The position numbers were made by a program, and so were the translations under genes. Of a DNA stretch of 64,000 nt, positions 1 through 10,124 are shown piece by piece. The notes under the pieces are model-generated. The model saw only the letters and a program-made list of their open reading frames with translations. It did no database searches and was not told the DNA's origin. The stretch comes from Candidatus Krumholzibacteriia bacterium (GTDB lineage: Bacteria; Krumholzibacteriota; Krumholzibacteriia; JAJRXK01), in assembly GCA_041484665.1 (NCBI GenBank), contig JBGPIA010000008.1:120701-184700 (forward strand), written 5' to 3'. Numbering within the stretch: position 1 is the stretch's first letter; each line of letters opens with the position of its first letter.

Positions 1-34
1 AGGTCGCGGAAGGGAGGCTACCGGTCGGGTCCAT
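1..34 (-). CDS. 5' end of a gene running off the window (MDPTGSLPSAT...)
   Basis: ATG at 34 on the minus strand preceded by a GAAGGAG RBS; divergent from rnd; only 11 codons visible. Confidence 0.35.
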   Translation of the reverse strand, partial: MDPTGSLPSAT

Positions 35-177
35 AGGGGGCTCCTTCGCCAGAAGTACCAATCTACGGCGGTGCACCTCCGAAGGCGACCGCGGATGCGG
101 CTGCAGCGTCCGGCCGACCTCCCTGACGGTACTCCGGCGCGCTGGGGCGAGAGTTCTGGTAAGCTAGCTGGACAGTC

Positions 178-1350
178 ATGCGAATCCTGACCGACCCCTC
201 CTCGCTGGCCGCCTTCTGCCGGGAAGCGACCGCCGCCGGCTCCATCGCCCTGGACATGGAGTTCGAGCGCGAACGCACCTACCGGCCCATCCTGCAGCTG
301 ATCCAGATCGCCACCCCCAGCGACGCGGTCATCGTGGACCCGCTGGCGCTTGCGGACCTCTCCGCGCTGTGGGAGGTTGTGGGCTCCCCCGACGTGGAGA
401 CGATCCTGCACGCCGCTGCGCAGGACATGGAGATCTTCTACGACAAGACCGGCTGCGTCCCGCGCCGCTTGTTCGATACCCAGGTGGCCGCCGCGCTGTT
501 GGGCATGGGCGAGCAGCCGGGCTACGCCGACCTGTTGCGCCGGGTGCTGGGCCTGCGCCTGAAGAAGCACGAGCGCATCACCGATTGGGGGCGCCGCCCG
601 CTTTCCCCCGCGCAGCTGGACTACGCGCTGGACGACGTGCGCTACCTGCCGCAGTTGCGCGACCGGCTCCATGCCGACCTGGAGCGCATGGGGCGGCTGG
701 AGTGGCTCGAGGAGGAGCTCGCCCATTTCGCACAGCTGCGCAACTACGAGCGCGATCCGCAGACCCTGTGGATGCGCGTGGCGCGCCATCGCTCCCTCGA
801 TGGGCGCGGGCTGGCGGTCCTGCGCGAGCTGGCGATCTGGCGCGAGGAGGAGGCCCGGCGGCGCAACGTGCCCCGCGGCCGCGTCGTGCAGGACGACGTG
901 CTGGTGGAGGTCGCCCGCCGGCAGCCGCGCCAGGAGGACGACCTGCGCGTGCTGCGGCGGCTCAATCCCCGTGAAATCGAGCGCAGCGTGGAGGTGATCC
1001 TCGCGACGGTCCGGCGCGCGCTCGAGATCCCGCAACAGGACTACCCCGTGCTGCCGCCGCTGGGCGAGGACGATCCCGAGCTGGACGTCACCATCGACCT
1101 GCTGAGTGTGTTCGTCCGCAACCGCGCCCGCGAGGCCAAGATCGCCGCCAGCTACCTCGCCACCAAGCGCGAGCTGTCCGATCTGGTGGCCGCCGCGCGT
1201 CACCAACGCAACCGCAACGGCACGCCCCTGCTGCTGCAGGGCTGGCGCTACGAGCTGGTGGGGCGCGACCTCCTGCGACTGATGCAGGGACAAATGGTCC
1301 TGCGCGTGGACCCCCGGACCAGCCGCGTGCAGATCATCGAGCGGGAGTGA
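178..1350 (+). CDS. rnd: Ribonuclease D (DEDDy 3'-5' exonuclease + HRDC)
   Basis: IALDMEF, LIQIAT, LHAAAQD, FDTQVAA, TDWGRRPLSPAQLDYALDDV motifs; C-terminal GWR. Confidence 0.93.
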   Translation: MRILTDPSSLAAFCREATAAGSIALDMEFERERTYRPILQLIQIATPSDAVIVDPLALADLSALWEVVGSPDVETILHAAAQDMEIFYDKTGCVPRRLFDTQVAAALLGMGEQPGYADLLRRVLGLRLKKHERITDWGRRPLSPAQLDYALDDVRYLPQLRDRLHADLERMGRLEWLEEELAHFAQLRNYERDPQTLWMRVARHRSLDGRGLAVLRELAIWREEEARRRNVPRGRVVQDDVLVEVARRQPRQEDDLRVLRRLNPREIERSVEVILATVRRALEIPQQDYPVLPPLGEDDPELDVTIDLLSVFVRNRAREAKIAASYLATKRELSDLVAAARHQRNRNGTPLLLQGWRYELVGRDLLRLMQGQMVLRVDPRTSRVQIIERE

Positions 1351-1750
1351 GTGTGGCGCGGCTCGGCGTAATCGACCGCTGGAGCCATCCACACGCTGGA
1401 GTCATCCATAAGAATCTGCTGAGCGCTCGCTGGGCTGGCCCTCTGCCCGTGCAGCCGGGCTCGGGGTCCGCGGCCGCAGCTCCGACAAGGGGCTGGAGCA
1501 AACGGACCGCGGCGGGGTAGGATACGCGCCGCGCGCCGGCGCGTCCCCCGGGGAGAGGCTCGGCGGCGCAGGGATCGGCGCGGCCGCCCCAACGCACGAG
1601 GCGGCGTCCCGGCCGGGCCGCCTCCACCGGCACGCGGACCGCATGTAGGGTCCGCCAGGATGGCTCTCACCTTCCTTGAAGACGACGAGTGCCGTTGAGC
1701 CGGTTCGCAGTTCAAGTCGAAAAACTGCGCAGCGGATGGGAGCGGAGCAG

Positions 1751-2503
1751 ATGAAGCCGCACCTGCAGCGATGGATCCAGGGCCGCGCGCGGTCGCTCGG
1801 ATACGAGCTACAGCCCGTGTGGAAGATGCGCGACCTCCCACTCAGCGCGCATCTGCGTCAGCTCTTCGACCTGCTGAAGATCGACACGGTCCTGGACGTG
1901 GGCGCCAATATGGGCCAGTACCACGACTTCCTCCGCAAGCACGTGGGCTTCACCGGCACCATCGTCTCCTTCGAGCCGGTGCGCAAGTGCGTGGCCGCGC
2001 TGCGCGAGAGCGCGGCGAGCGATCCGCACTGGAAGGTCGTCGACGTCGCCCTGGGGAGCGCCGATACGACCATGACGATCAATGTGATGAAGTGCGACGA
2101 TTTCAGCAGTTTCCTCGAGCCGGCAGCCTCTGCCCCCGGCGAGTACCGGGACATGAACGCCATCGACCACCAGGAGAACGTCCCGGTGCGGCGCCTGGAC
2201 GGGATCCTCGGCCAGCTCCTGGCGGAGAACGCCAACCCTCGCCTCTACCTGAAACTGGATACCCAGGGCTTCGACCTGCAGGTGGTCGAGGGAACGAGCG
2301 GAGTGCTGGACTGCGTCTACGCCCTGCAGACGGAGATCGCCGTGCAGCGGATCTACGATGGCATGCCCGACTACCTCGCGTCGATCCAGACGCTCAACCA
2401 GAAGGGCTTCCAGCTCACCGGACTGTTTCCCGTGAGTCGCGATGCCTCCCTGCGCCTGGTGGAGCTGGACTGCGTCATGATCAACGCAGCGAAGCGGACG
2501 TAA
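1751..2503 (+). CDS. FkbM-family SAM-dependent methyltransferase
   Basis: VLDVGANMGQY, SFEP, LKLDTQGFDLQV motifs; start set at ATG 1751 after GGAG (ORF track starts at 1676). Confidence 0.88.
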   Translation: MKPHLQRWIQGRARSLGYELQPVWKMRDLPLSAHLRQLFDLLKIDTVLDVGANMGQYHDFLRKHVGFTGTIVSFEPVRKCVAALRESAASDPHWKVVDVALGSADTTMTINVMKCDDFSSFLEPAASAPGEYRDMNAIDHQENVPVRRLDGILGQLLAENANPRLYLKLDTQGFDLQVVEGTSGVLDCVYALQTEIAVQRIYDGMPDYLASIQTLNQKGFQLTGLFPVSRDASLRLVELDCVMINAAKRT

Positions 2504-2554
2504 GCCGCGGCCGCCTCGCCGCGCGCCTCCCACCCGACGGCGGGACGAGCACCG

Positions 2555-2851
2555 TTACTTCCCCACCACCAGCTTCCCGCGCGTGAACACGTCGGCCAGC
2601 GTGAACGCGATGAGAATCACCAGGAAGATGAAGCCCGAGGCCGCGGTGATCTTCACCACGCGTGTGCTGTAGCGCACGTGCATGAAGAAGAGGATCACCA
2701 GAGTGGACTTGATGCCGGCGATGGCCAGGGCGATCACCACGTTGAGCGGGCCGAAGTCGTGGAAGGCCACCCACACGGTGATCGCGGTGAGCACCAACAG
2801 TATCGTGAACACTGTCAGATAGACTCGCGGAGGGATGACGTGCGCCGCCAT
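2555..2851 (-). CDS. ctaF: Cytochrome c oxidase subunit IV (caa3-type)
   Basis: 98 aa, 3 TM helices, IAGIKSTLVILFFMHVRY motif; last gene of the oxidase operon. Confidence 0.85.
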   Translation of the reverse strand: MAAHVIPPRVYLTVFTILLVLTAITVWVAFHDFGPLNVVIALAIAGIKSTLVILFFMHVRYSTRVVKITAASGFIFLVILIAFTLADVFTRGKLVVGK

Positions 2852-2864
2852 GGCCGCGTACCTC

Positions 2865-3566
2865 TCAGTGCCGCCCGATCAGGTAGAGCAGCGGGAACAG
2901 GAAGATCCACACGATGTCGACGAAGTGCCAGTAGAGCCCAGTGCCCTCGACGGGGTGGTTGTAGTCGGGGCCGAAGCGTCCCTTCCAGCACTTGGGGATG
3001 AGCGCCGCCACCAAGCCGATGCCCACGATCATGTGCAGTGCGTGCAGCCCCGTCATGGTGAAGTAGAGGTTGAAGAACATGCGCACGTGGGGCGCGTCCG
3101 GCCCGTGCCAGGCGAAGTGGGGCCCGGGCACCACGTGCTCGTGCCACTTGTGGGTGTACTCGATGGCCTTGATGCCCAGAAAGGTGGATCCCAGCAGGAT
3201 GGTCAGCACCAGGTAGACCACCTGCGTCCGCGCTCGCCCCACCTGCGCGGCCCAGACGGCCATGGCCATCGTGACCGAGCTGGTGATCAGCACCACGGTG
3301 TTGGTGGCGCCCATGCGGATGTCGAGCAGGTGGCTGCCGGCCGCGAAGTCGTGCGGATACCAGATCCGGTACAGGATGTAGGCCATGATCAGACCACCGA
3401 AGAACATGATCTCGGTGGCGAGGAACAGCCAGACGCCGAACGCGACCGATTCGCTCTGCTGCTCGAGCGTCTTGAAATGGTGCGCCAGGTGCGGCGGGTG
3501 CACTGCCGCGCCGGCCGGAGCGGTCCCGTGGGCGTCGTGCGCGTCGTGGGCGTCGGGCTCACGCAC
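2865..3566 (-). CDS. ctaE: Cytochrome c oxidase subunit III
   Basis: [42 protein letters not shown] start at 3566 overlapping the subunit I stop, with AGGAGG RBS. Confidence 0.92.
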   Translation of the reverse strand: MREPDAHDAHDAHGTAPAGAAVHPPHLAHHFKTLEQQSESVAFGVWLFLATEIMFFGGLIMAYILYRIWYPHDFAAGSHLLDIRMGATNTVVLITSSVTMAMAVWAAQVGRARTQVVYLVLTILLGSTFLGIKAIEYTHKWHEHVVPGPHFAWHGPDAPHVRMFFNLYFTMTGLHALHMIVGIGLVAALIPKCWKGRFGPDYNHPVEGTGLYWHFVDIVWIFLFPLLYLIGRH

Positions 3567-5235
3567 GGCCGGCCTCCTGGGCGGCCCGCACGCGCTCGGC
3601 GCTGTAGTCATAGGCCTCGGTGGTGACCACCGGCTCGACGGCGAAGTTCTGTGTGATGGGCGGTGAGGCGGTCTGCCATTCCAGGCCCACCGCGCCCCAC
3701 GGGTTGGGCGCGCAGCGCCGGCCGTAGCGCAGCGACCACGTGAAGTAGATCATCGGGATCAGGTACCCCACACCCAGGACGGTGGCCCCTGCGCTGGACA
3801 TGACGTTGAGCACCTGGAACTCCGGTGGATACGAGTGGTAGCGCCGCGGCATGCCCAGGTAGCCCAGGATGAATTGCGGAAAGAAGGTGAGGTTGAAGCC
3901 GATGAAGATCACCAGAGCCGACACCTTGGACCAGAAGGCCGGGTAGAGCTTGCCCGTCATCTTGGGCCACCAGTAGTGCAGCCCGCCCAGGTAACCCATG
4001 ATCGCCCCGCCGACCATGATGTAGTGGAAGTGGGCCACCACGAAGTAGGTGTCGTGCACGTGGATGTCGATCCCCAGGGTCGCCAGCATCACGCCCGTCA
4101 GGCCGCCGATGGTGAACAGCCCGATGAACCCCAGGGCGTAGAGCATGGGGGTCTCCCAGGAGATCGAGCCCTTGTAGAGGGTGGCCGTCCAGTTGAAGAC
4201 CTTCACCGCCGACGGCACCGCCACCAGCATGCTCAGCACCGAGAAGATCGTGGCGGCGTACGCCGATTGCCCGGTGGTGAACATGTGGTGCCCCCACACC
4301 AGGAACCCCAGGACCGCGATCCCCACGCTGGCGTAGGCCACGAACCGATAGCCGAAGATGCGCTTGCGGGCGAAGGCGGCCACGATCTCGCTCACCACCC
4401 CCATCGCTGGCAGGATCATGATGTAGACGGCCGGGTGCGAGTAGAACCAGAACAGATGCTGGAACAGGATCGGGTCGCCGCCCTGCGCCGGGTCGAACAC
4501 TCCGATGTGGAAGACGCGCTCCAGGGCCACCATCAGGATCGTCACCGCGATCACCGGAGTGCCCAGGACCTGGATGATGCTCGTCGCGTAATGGGCCCAC
4601 ACGAACAACGGCAGCCGGAACCAGGTGAGCCCCGGCGCCCGCATGCGGTGGATGGTCACGATGAAATTCAGCCCGGTGAAGATCGAGGCGAAACCGGCGA
4701 TGAAGATCCCCAGCGCCGTGGTGACCACGTAGGTGTTGGAGAACGTCGTGCTGAAGGGCGTGTAGAACGTCCAGCCGGTGTCCACACCGCCATGCAGGAC
4801 CGACCACAGGGTGAACAGCCCGCCCAGGCTGAAGATGTACCAGCTGGCCAGGTTCAGCCTCGGGAACGCCAGATCCTTCGCCCCGATCATCATCGGGATG
4901 AGGAAGTTCCCCAACACCGCCGGGATGCCCGGGATCAGGAAGAAGAAGATCATCAGGATCCCGTGCATCGTGAACAGCCGGTTGTACATGTCCGGCTGTA
5001 CCAGGTCCCCCTGCGGCGTGACCAGCTCCAGGCGGATCAACACCGCCATCAGCCCGCCCAGGAAGAAGAAGAAGGTCACCGAGAACATGTAGAGGATCGC
5101 GATGCGCTTGTGGTCGCGCGTGAGCAGCCACGACTTGATGCCGTACCCGTCGTTGAGGTAGTCGGGGGCGGCTCCCGCGGCTGGGGCGGCCCCGGCCGCC
5201 GCGGCACTCTCGTGGGAGCCAGCATGTGCGTTCAT
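3559..5235 (-). CDS. ctaD: Cytochrome c oxidase subunit I, type A2
   Basis: [19 protein letters not shown] (YS motif of type A2), [23 protein letters not shown]. Confidence 0.97.
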   Translation of the reverse strand: MNAHAGSHESAAAAGAAPAAGAAPDYLNDGYGIKSWLLTRDHKRIAILYMFSVTFFFFLGGLMAVLIRLELVTPQGDLVQPDMYNRLFTMHGILMIFFFLIPGIPAVLGNFLIPMMIGAKDLAFPRLNLASWYIFSLGGLFTLWSVLHGGVDTGWTFYTPFSTTFSNTYVVTTALGIFIAGFASIFTGLNFIVTIHRMRAPGLTWFRLPLFVWAHYATSIIQVLGTPVIAVTILMVALERVFHIGVFDPAQGGDPILFQHLFWFYSHPAVYIMILPAMGVVSEIVAAFARKRIFGYRFVAYASVGIAVLGFLVWGHHMFTTGQSAYAATIFSVLSMLVAVPSAVKVFNWTATLYKGSISWETPMLYALGFIGLFTIGGLTGVMLATLGIDIHVHDTYFVVAHFHYIMVGGAIMGYLGGLHYWWPKMTGKLYPAFWSKVSALVIFIGFNLTFFPQFILGYLGMPRRYHSYPPEFQVLNVMSSAGATVLGVGYLIPMIYFTWSLRYGRRCAPNPWGAVGLEWQTASPPITQNFAVEPVVTTEAYDYSAERVRAAQEAGRA

Positions 5236-5239
5236 GGCT

Positions 5240-6235
5240 TCATCTCCCCTTGCCGCCGGGTGCGGCCCCGCCGGCCGCTTCCCTGCCCGCGGGCGCCTGC
5301 CCTGCGGACCCCAGGGACTTGATGTAGGTGATCAGCTCCAGGACGTCCTGCTCGGTGAGCTGCCCCTTGAAGGTGGGCATGATCGGCTGGTAGCCCGCCA
5401 CGACCTTGCTGGCCGGCATGAGGATCGACTCGCGCAGGTAGTCCTCGTCCGCCCTGGCGGTCTTGCCGCCCAAGAGCGCCACCTGCCTGCCGAACAACCC
5501 CTGTAGGTACGGCGCGCGTGCGTCGGAATCGGGCCGGTGGCAGGTGTTGCATGCGCGGGCGTCGAACAGCTGGGCGCCGGTCAGCGACATGCCCTGCTGG
5601 CCCTTGGCGCCGTAGAGCCACTGCTCGTACTCCTGCGGCTGCTGGACGATGATGCGGCCCGACATCAACGAGTGCTCCGCCCCGCAGTACTCGGCGCAGA
5701 ACAGCTTGTAGACGCCAGGCTTGGTCGCCGTGAACCAGGTCGTGGTGTAGGTGCCAGGGATCACGTCCTGTTTGATGCGGAAGGCCGGGATGTAGAGCGC
5801 GTGGATCACGTCCTCCGAAGTCATGGTGAGCTTGATGGGGCGTCCCACCGGGACGTGCAGCTCGTTGATCTCGCGGTGCCCCTCGGGGTGCTGGAACTTC
5901 CACATCCACTGCCGGCCCACCACGAAAAACTCCTCGGCGTCGGCCGGCGGGCGCGACGCGTGGAAGAAGACCCGCGCGCCCCAGGCGAACATGAACAGCA
6001 AGATGCACAGCGGCACGACCGACCACACAATCTCCAGGACCGCGGGCGCGTGCCCGGGCTGGCCGACGTCGCCCTCGGCGCGCCGGCGGTACCGGACGGC
6101 GAAGAACAGGATCAGGGCCGCGATCAACAGCGAGAAGACGACGGCCACGCCCAGGCCGAACAGGAAGACCGAGTCGACCTCCTTGGCCAGCGTGGAGGCC
6201 TGCTCCGGGAACAGGGGAAAGTCGGTGCGGAACAC
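5240..6235 (-). CDS. ctaC: Cytochrome c oxidase subunit II with fused cytochrome c
   Basis: DVIH and [12 protein letters not shown]uA ligands; C-terminal CNTCH heme motif with distal MP. Confidence 0.95.
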   Translation of the reverse strand: MFRTDFPLFPEQASTLAKEVDSVFLFGLGVAVVFSLLIAALILFFAVRYRRRAEGDVGQPGHAPAVLEIVWSVVPLCILLFMFAWGARVFFHASRPPADAEEFFVVGRQWMWKFQHPEGHREINELHVPVGRPIKLTMTSEDVIHALYIPAFRIKQDVIPGTYTTTWFTATKPGVYKLFCAEYCGAEHSLMSGRIIVQQPQEYEQWLYGAKGQQGMSLTGAQLFDARACNTCHRPDSDARAPYLQGLFGRQVALLGGKTARADEDYLRESILMPASKVVAGYQPIMPTFKGQLTEQDVLELITYIKSLGSAGQAPAGREAAGGAAPGGKGR

Positions 6236-6237
6236 GC

Positions 6238-7212
6238 TCAGGCCACTCCCGCCGCGGCGCGGCGCTGCATCCGCTTGTCGCGCCGGCGCATTGCAAGGAT
6301 GGAAGCGGCGATCGCCAGCATCGTGATCACGCCGCCCGCGCGGACGATGGCCAGGGTCGTGGCGCTGTAACGGCCCAGCTGCGGGTCGTAGTGGAAGCAG
6401 TAGAGCATCAGTTGGTCGACCACGTTGCCGATCTTGCCGTCGGCCGCCTCCACCAGCGCCAGCCGCAAGTCCTTGGGCGGGTAGTCGATCCCGAACAGGT
6501 AGCGGGCCACCTTGCCTTGGGGCGTCAAGATCGTGATGCCGGTCGCGTGGGCGTACTGCTTGGCCTTCTCATCGTAGACGTAGCGGAAGCCCACGGCCGA
6601 GGTGAGCGCCGCGATCGACTCGGGCGGCCCCGTGAGGAAGTGCCAGCCGGCGTCGGTTCCGGCGCGGCCGAAGCTTGCCAGGTAGTTGGCCCGCTTGGCG
6701 GCGGCGAGCTGCGGCCCCTCGGCGGGGTTGAAGCTCACCACGACCAGCTCGAAGTCCTTCCCGGGATCGAACGTGAGCGGCTTGAGCGTGCTCACCACGC
6801 CGTTGAGTACCATCGTGCACAGCATCGGGCACTCGTAGTAGACCAGCGCGAGCAGCACCGGCCGCTTCCCGAAGTAGCGGCCCAGCGTGACGTCCTGGCC
6901 CAGCTCGTCCTTGAAGCGCGCGTCCAGGGGCACCTGCGCGCCCAGCAGCTGGTCGAAGCCAACCTCGCGCAGCTGTGTGGGCAGCGTGCTGGCGGGGCCC
7001 TCGCGCAGCGTCGTCGCCGACGGCAGGCGCGACGCTGGTGTCACCGGTTGCGCCCGCGCGAGCGGCCAGGGTGACGGCGCGACGGCCAGCAGCAGCGCAA
7101 TGGCCAGCCGGACGCACGCCGGCGGCGCGGCAGACCTCGGCACGGGCGCCCGCCGCAGGGGAGTGAACGGAACGCGCGCCGGGCGCGCGCAGGTCTGCGT
7201 CATGATGCTCAC
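6238..7212 (-). CDS. SCO/SenC family protein
   Basis: YYECPMLC, WHFLTG, YAHATG, C-terminal LYCFHYDP + TM; start uncertain. Confidence 0.88.
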   Translation of the reverse strand: MSIMTQTCARPARVPFTPLRRAPVPRSAAPPACVRLAIALLLAVAPSPWPLARAQPVTPASRLPSATTLREGPASTLPTQLREVGFDQLLGAQVPLDARFKDELGQDVTLGRYFGKRPVLLALVYYECPMLCTMVLNGVVSTLKPLTFDPGKDFELVVVSFNPAEGPQLAAAKRANYLASFGRAGTDAGWHFLTGPPESIAALTSAVGFRYVYDEKAKQYAHATGITILTPQGKVARYLFGIDYPPKDLRLALVEAADGKIGNVVDQLMLYCFHYDPQLGRYSATTLAIVRAGGVITMLAIAASILAMRRRDKRMQRRAAAGVA

Positions 7213-7766
7213 CAGCTTCTGGGCGCCTTTCCCTTAGCCGGGCGGCTCGCTGCGGCGCCGGGCGAGGCGCCTGCAGGGTTGGAGGCCGCCGCGGAGTCCG
7301 CTGGCGCGGGCTCGGGCCACACGGGCAGCCCCGCTCGCGCGACGATCGCAAGCGCGCTGTCGACGGGCACGCGGGCGATGCCGCGCTCGGAGTCCACCCA
7401 GCCGTACCCGCCCAGCACCCGATTCTCTTGTGTCCGCATGGCCGCCAGGTCCTGGCGCGGATCGCGCTGCAGCCTCGGCTCCGGGGGCAGACGCTGCTCG
7501 CGCGCCTCGGCCATGGGCGGCGGCGCGGGGTCGTGGGCGACCTGCTGCCGCTGGAGGGCGCCGAACAACAGCCACATCACCGCGAACGTCACCACCGCAA
7601 GCATTGCCAGCCCGATCAAGAACCCGACGACGCCGCGCACGCTCAGCTCGCGGTCGAACGCCTCCGGCTGCGGTCCGTGTGGCTGCTCGGAATGCGGGCC
7701 GGGCGGCTGGCCGGGCGGGGGGCCGTGCGGCCGCTCGGACGGCGTCGGCGCGCGGGGCTCAGCCAT
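7209..7766 (-). CDS. Single-TM protein of ACIII/oxidase clusters
   Basis: One TM, then PPEPRLQ and YGWVD..GIARVPVD..L; ATG overlaps the actF stop. Confidence 0.75.
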   Translation of the reverse strand: MAEPRAPTPSERPHGPPPGQPPGPHSEQPHGPQPEAFDRELSVRGVVGFLIGLAMLAVVTFAVMWLLFGALQRQQVAHDPAPPPMAEAREQRLPPEPRLQRDPRQDLAAMRTQENRVLGGYGWVDSERGIARVPVDSALAIVARAGLPVWPEPAPADSAAASNPAGASPGAAASRPAKGKAPRSW

Positions 7767-8937
7767 GGGCCGCCGCCTCCTGCAGACGCAGATTCGGGTC
7801 GTTGACCGGCAGCAGGGGCCGCTTGCGCAGCTCGTGGACGAACGCCGCGACCCACAGTCCGCCCATGGCCGCCGGCACAACGAAATCCAGCCAATGCAGC
7901 GTGTGGACCCCCAGGGCGGGCGCGGCGTGCCAGAACAGGTCGACCCAGCGCATGACGAGCACCAGCGCCGCCACCATGGACAGTCGCCGCGCGTCGCGCT
8001 TGACGGCGTGCGGCAGCAGCAACAGGAACGGCACCGCGAAGTTGAAGAGGATCAGGATGCGCGCCACGGCCTGGTAGACGCCGTGGGTACGCTCCATGTA
8101 CCAGGTGATCTCCTCGGGGATGTTGCCCGACCAGATGATGATGAATTGCGACAGGTTGAAATACCCCCACAGCATCAGGAAGGCCAGCATGAGATTGCCG
8201 TAGTCGTGGAAGTGCTGTGGCCGCAGGACGTCGCGCAGGGGCCCATGCTCGGCGAGCAGACGGGCGACCACGATCGCGAACGCAATCGCGGTCAGGGCCT
8301 GGGCGCCGATGAAGTAGATGCCGTAGATGCTGGAGAACCACCGGTCGTTCAGTGACATCAGCCAATCGACGGAGGCCAGCGTGGCCAGCAGGCAGAACAG
8401 CAGGATGCCCGGCCCACTGACCCGCTGCATGCGCCGCGCGAAGTAGGCGCCGTCGCCACCGTCCTGCCGGCGTGACAGCCGGTTGAGCAGCAGGGCCAGG
8501 CCTCCCCAGAGGGCGAAGTAGAGCGCGGCGCGGACCAGGAAGAATGGTCCGTTCAGCCATGGCGCCCGGTGCGCAAGCAGCGCGTCCTGCGCCACCTTGG
8601 CCGGGTCGGCCCACGGGTAGACCCGCCGCAGCCCCAGGGCCAGCGGCACGAACAGCACGACCATGAGTGGGAGCGTGCGCGTGGCAGCCTCGAGGATGCG
8701 CCGGATCATCATCCCCCATCCACCGCCGGTCACATGGTGCAGCATGAGCAGCGCGAGCGCTCCCAGCGGGATCGCCACCCAGAACAGGAACGAGACGAGG
8801 TAGGCGCCCACGAAACGCCCCGGATCCTGCCAGAGCCCCACGAGCGACAGGGCGGACGCCACGCCGCCGATGAGCAGCGCCCGCGCGCGCACGCGCTGCA
8901 GCCCGGCGGGGGGGGCAAAACTCTCGAGACGGCTCAC
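7759..8937 (-). CDS. actF: Alternative complex III subunit ActF
   Basis: Polytopic; DWLMSL..WFSSIYG, HFHDYGNLM, SQFIIIWSGNIPEE; operon position. Confidence 0.9.
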   Translation of the reverse strand: MSRLESFAPPAGLQRVRARALLIGGVASALSLVGLWQDPGRFVGAYLVSFLFWVAIPLGALALLMLHHVTGGGWGMMIRRILEAATRTLPLMVVLFVPLALGLRRVYPWADPAKVAQDALLAHRAPWLNGPFFLVRAALYFALWGGLALLLNRLSRRQDGGDGAYFARRMQRVSGPGILLFCLLATLASVDWLMSLNDRWFSSIYGIYFIGAQALTAIAFAIVVARLLAEHGPLRDVLRPQHFHDYGNLMLAFLMLWGYFNLSQFIIIWSGNIPEEITWYMERTHGVYQAVARILILFNFAVPFLLLLPHAVKRDARRLSMVAALVLVMRWVDLFWHAAPALGVHTLHWLDFVVPAAMGGLWVAAFVHELRKRPLLPVNDPNLRLQEAAAHG

Positions 8938-8938
8938 G

Positions 8939-9577
8939 TCAGTGCTCCCCGGGCGGGTGCCCGCCCGCCGACGGCGCTGCGGCCGGCGCGCCGTCCGCGG
9001 CGATCGCCTGCTCGATCCGCGCGCGCTGGGACTGCGGCAGCAGACCCAGCTCCACGTGCTGGCTGAGCTGCAGCACGCGCAGGTACGCCACGATCGCCCA
9101 GCGGTCCTGCGGATGCACCTGGCTGGCGTAACCGGACATCTCGCCGAAGCCGTTGGTGATGACGTCGAAGATGTAGCCGGGGCGCGCTCCGCGCAGCCGG
9201 TCGATGTGGAAGGACGGCGGCTGCTTGAACCCGCGACGCACGATCATGCCGCGGCCGCCCCCGGTACGGTCGTGGCACGGCGAGCAAAAGATCTCGTAGC
9301 GTTCCCGCCCGCGCGCGAGCAGCTCGGCGGTCGCGGGCACGGGCAGCGTCGTGGTGAACTTGCCGTCGTTGCCAAGGCCCGCGTAGAGAGTCCGGTCTTC
9401 ACGCAGGAAGCCGCGGGGAACGGTCCCCGGGGGCAGCGGCCGCGCCGACGCTCCGTCCGCATAGAAATCGCTCGACGAATACGCCTTGTGCTTGGGCTGG
9501 TCCTTCATGTCGCGCGTGCAGCCCACCAACGCCAGCAGCCCCCCGACCAGCACGACCGCCGCCCGCTCAGTCCTCAA
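8939..9577 (-). CDS. actE: Alternative complex III monoheme cytochrome c lipoprotein ActE
   Basis: Lipobox LLALVGC, DMKDQPK, CSPCH, DRWAIVAY; TTG start at 9577 with GGAGG. Confidence 0.9.
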   Translation of the reverse strand: MRTERAAVVLVGGLLALVGCTRDMKDQPKHKAYSSSDFYADGASARPLPPGTVPRGFLREDRTLYAGLGNDGKFTTTLPVPATAELLARGRERYEIFCSPCHDRTGGGRGMIVRRGFKQPPSFHIDRLRGARPGYIFDVITNGFGEMSGYASQVHPQDRWAIVAYLRVLQLSQHVELGLLPQSQRARIEQAIAADGAPAAAPSAGGHPPGEH

Positions 9578-10124
9578 CGTCGGACACCTCCATCGCAGCG
9601 AGCCCCAGCAGCTGCTCGCGGGTGCCGGCGCGATCGAAGCGTGGGTCGCACGCGTCGACGAACAGGAAGTAGCTGTCGCGCGACGCCAGGGCGAAGCGGG
9701 GCACGTTGAAGAGCGGGTGGTGCGGCCGGGGCAGCCCGTTGAGCGCCAGCATCCCCAGCACGGCCGCAAAGGCCGCGAACAGGATCGTCGTCTCGAAGGT
9801 CACCACGATGAAGGAGGGCCAGCTGTCGTACGGGCGGCCGCCGATGTTCATCGGGTAGGCCTTCACCGCGGTCCAGTACTGCAGGGTGAATCCGCAGATT
9901 GCGCCCACCACCCCACCCCCAAACACGAGCCAGGGCAGGCGCGAGTGGTGCGACTCCACGATTTGGGAGAGCTCCTCCACTGGGTAGGGTGTGAAGGCGT
10001 CGAAGCGGCGGAACCCCGCGCCGCGCACCGCGGACGCGGCGCTCACCAGCTCCGCCTCCGTGCGGAACTCCGCCAGCAGCCCCACGAAGCGCGCGGGCCC
10101 GCTCTGACCCGTCGCGGCGGTCAC
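9567..10124 (-). CDS. actD: Alternative complex III subunit ActD (DUF3341)
   Basis: LLAEF, DAFTPYPVE, YPMNIGGRP..SWPSFIVVTFE, NGLPRPHHPLF; GTG overlaps the actC stop. Confidence 0.92.
   Translation of the reverse strand: MTAATGQSGPARFVGLLAEFRTEAELVSAASAVRGAGFRRFDAFTPYPVEELSQIVESHHSRLPWLVFGGGVVGAICGFTLQYWTAVKAYPMNIGGRPYDSWPSFIVVTFETTILFAAFAAVLGMLALNGLPRPHHPLFNVPRFALASRDSYFLFVDACDPRFDRAGTREQLLGLAAMEVSDVED

Noticed and set aside
1351..1750. 400-bp intergenic region with GC hairpins as possible ncRNA or riboswitch
   Set aside because: No recognisable conserved RNA motif; short hairpins are expected at this GC content; an Rfam/Infernal search would be needed
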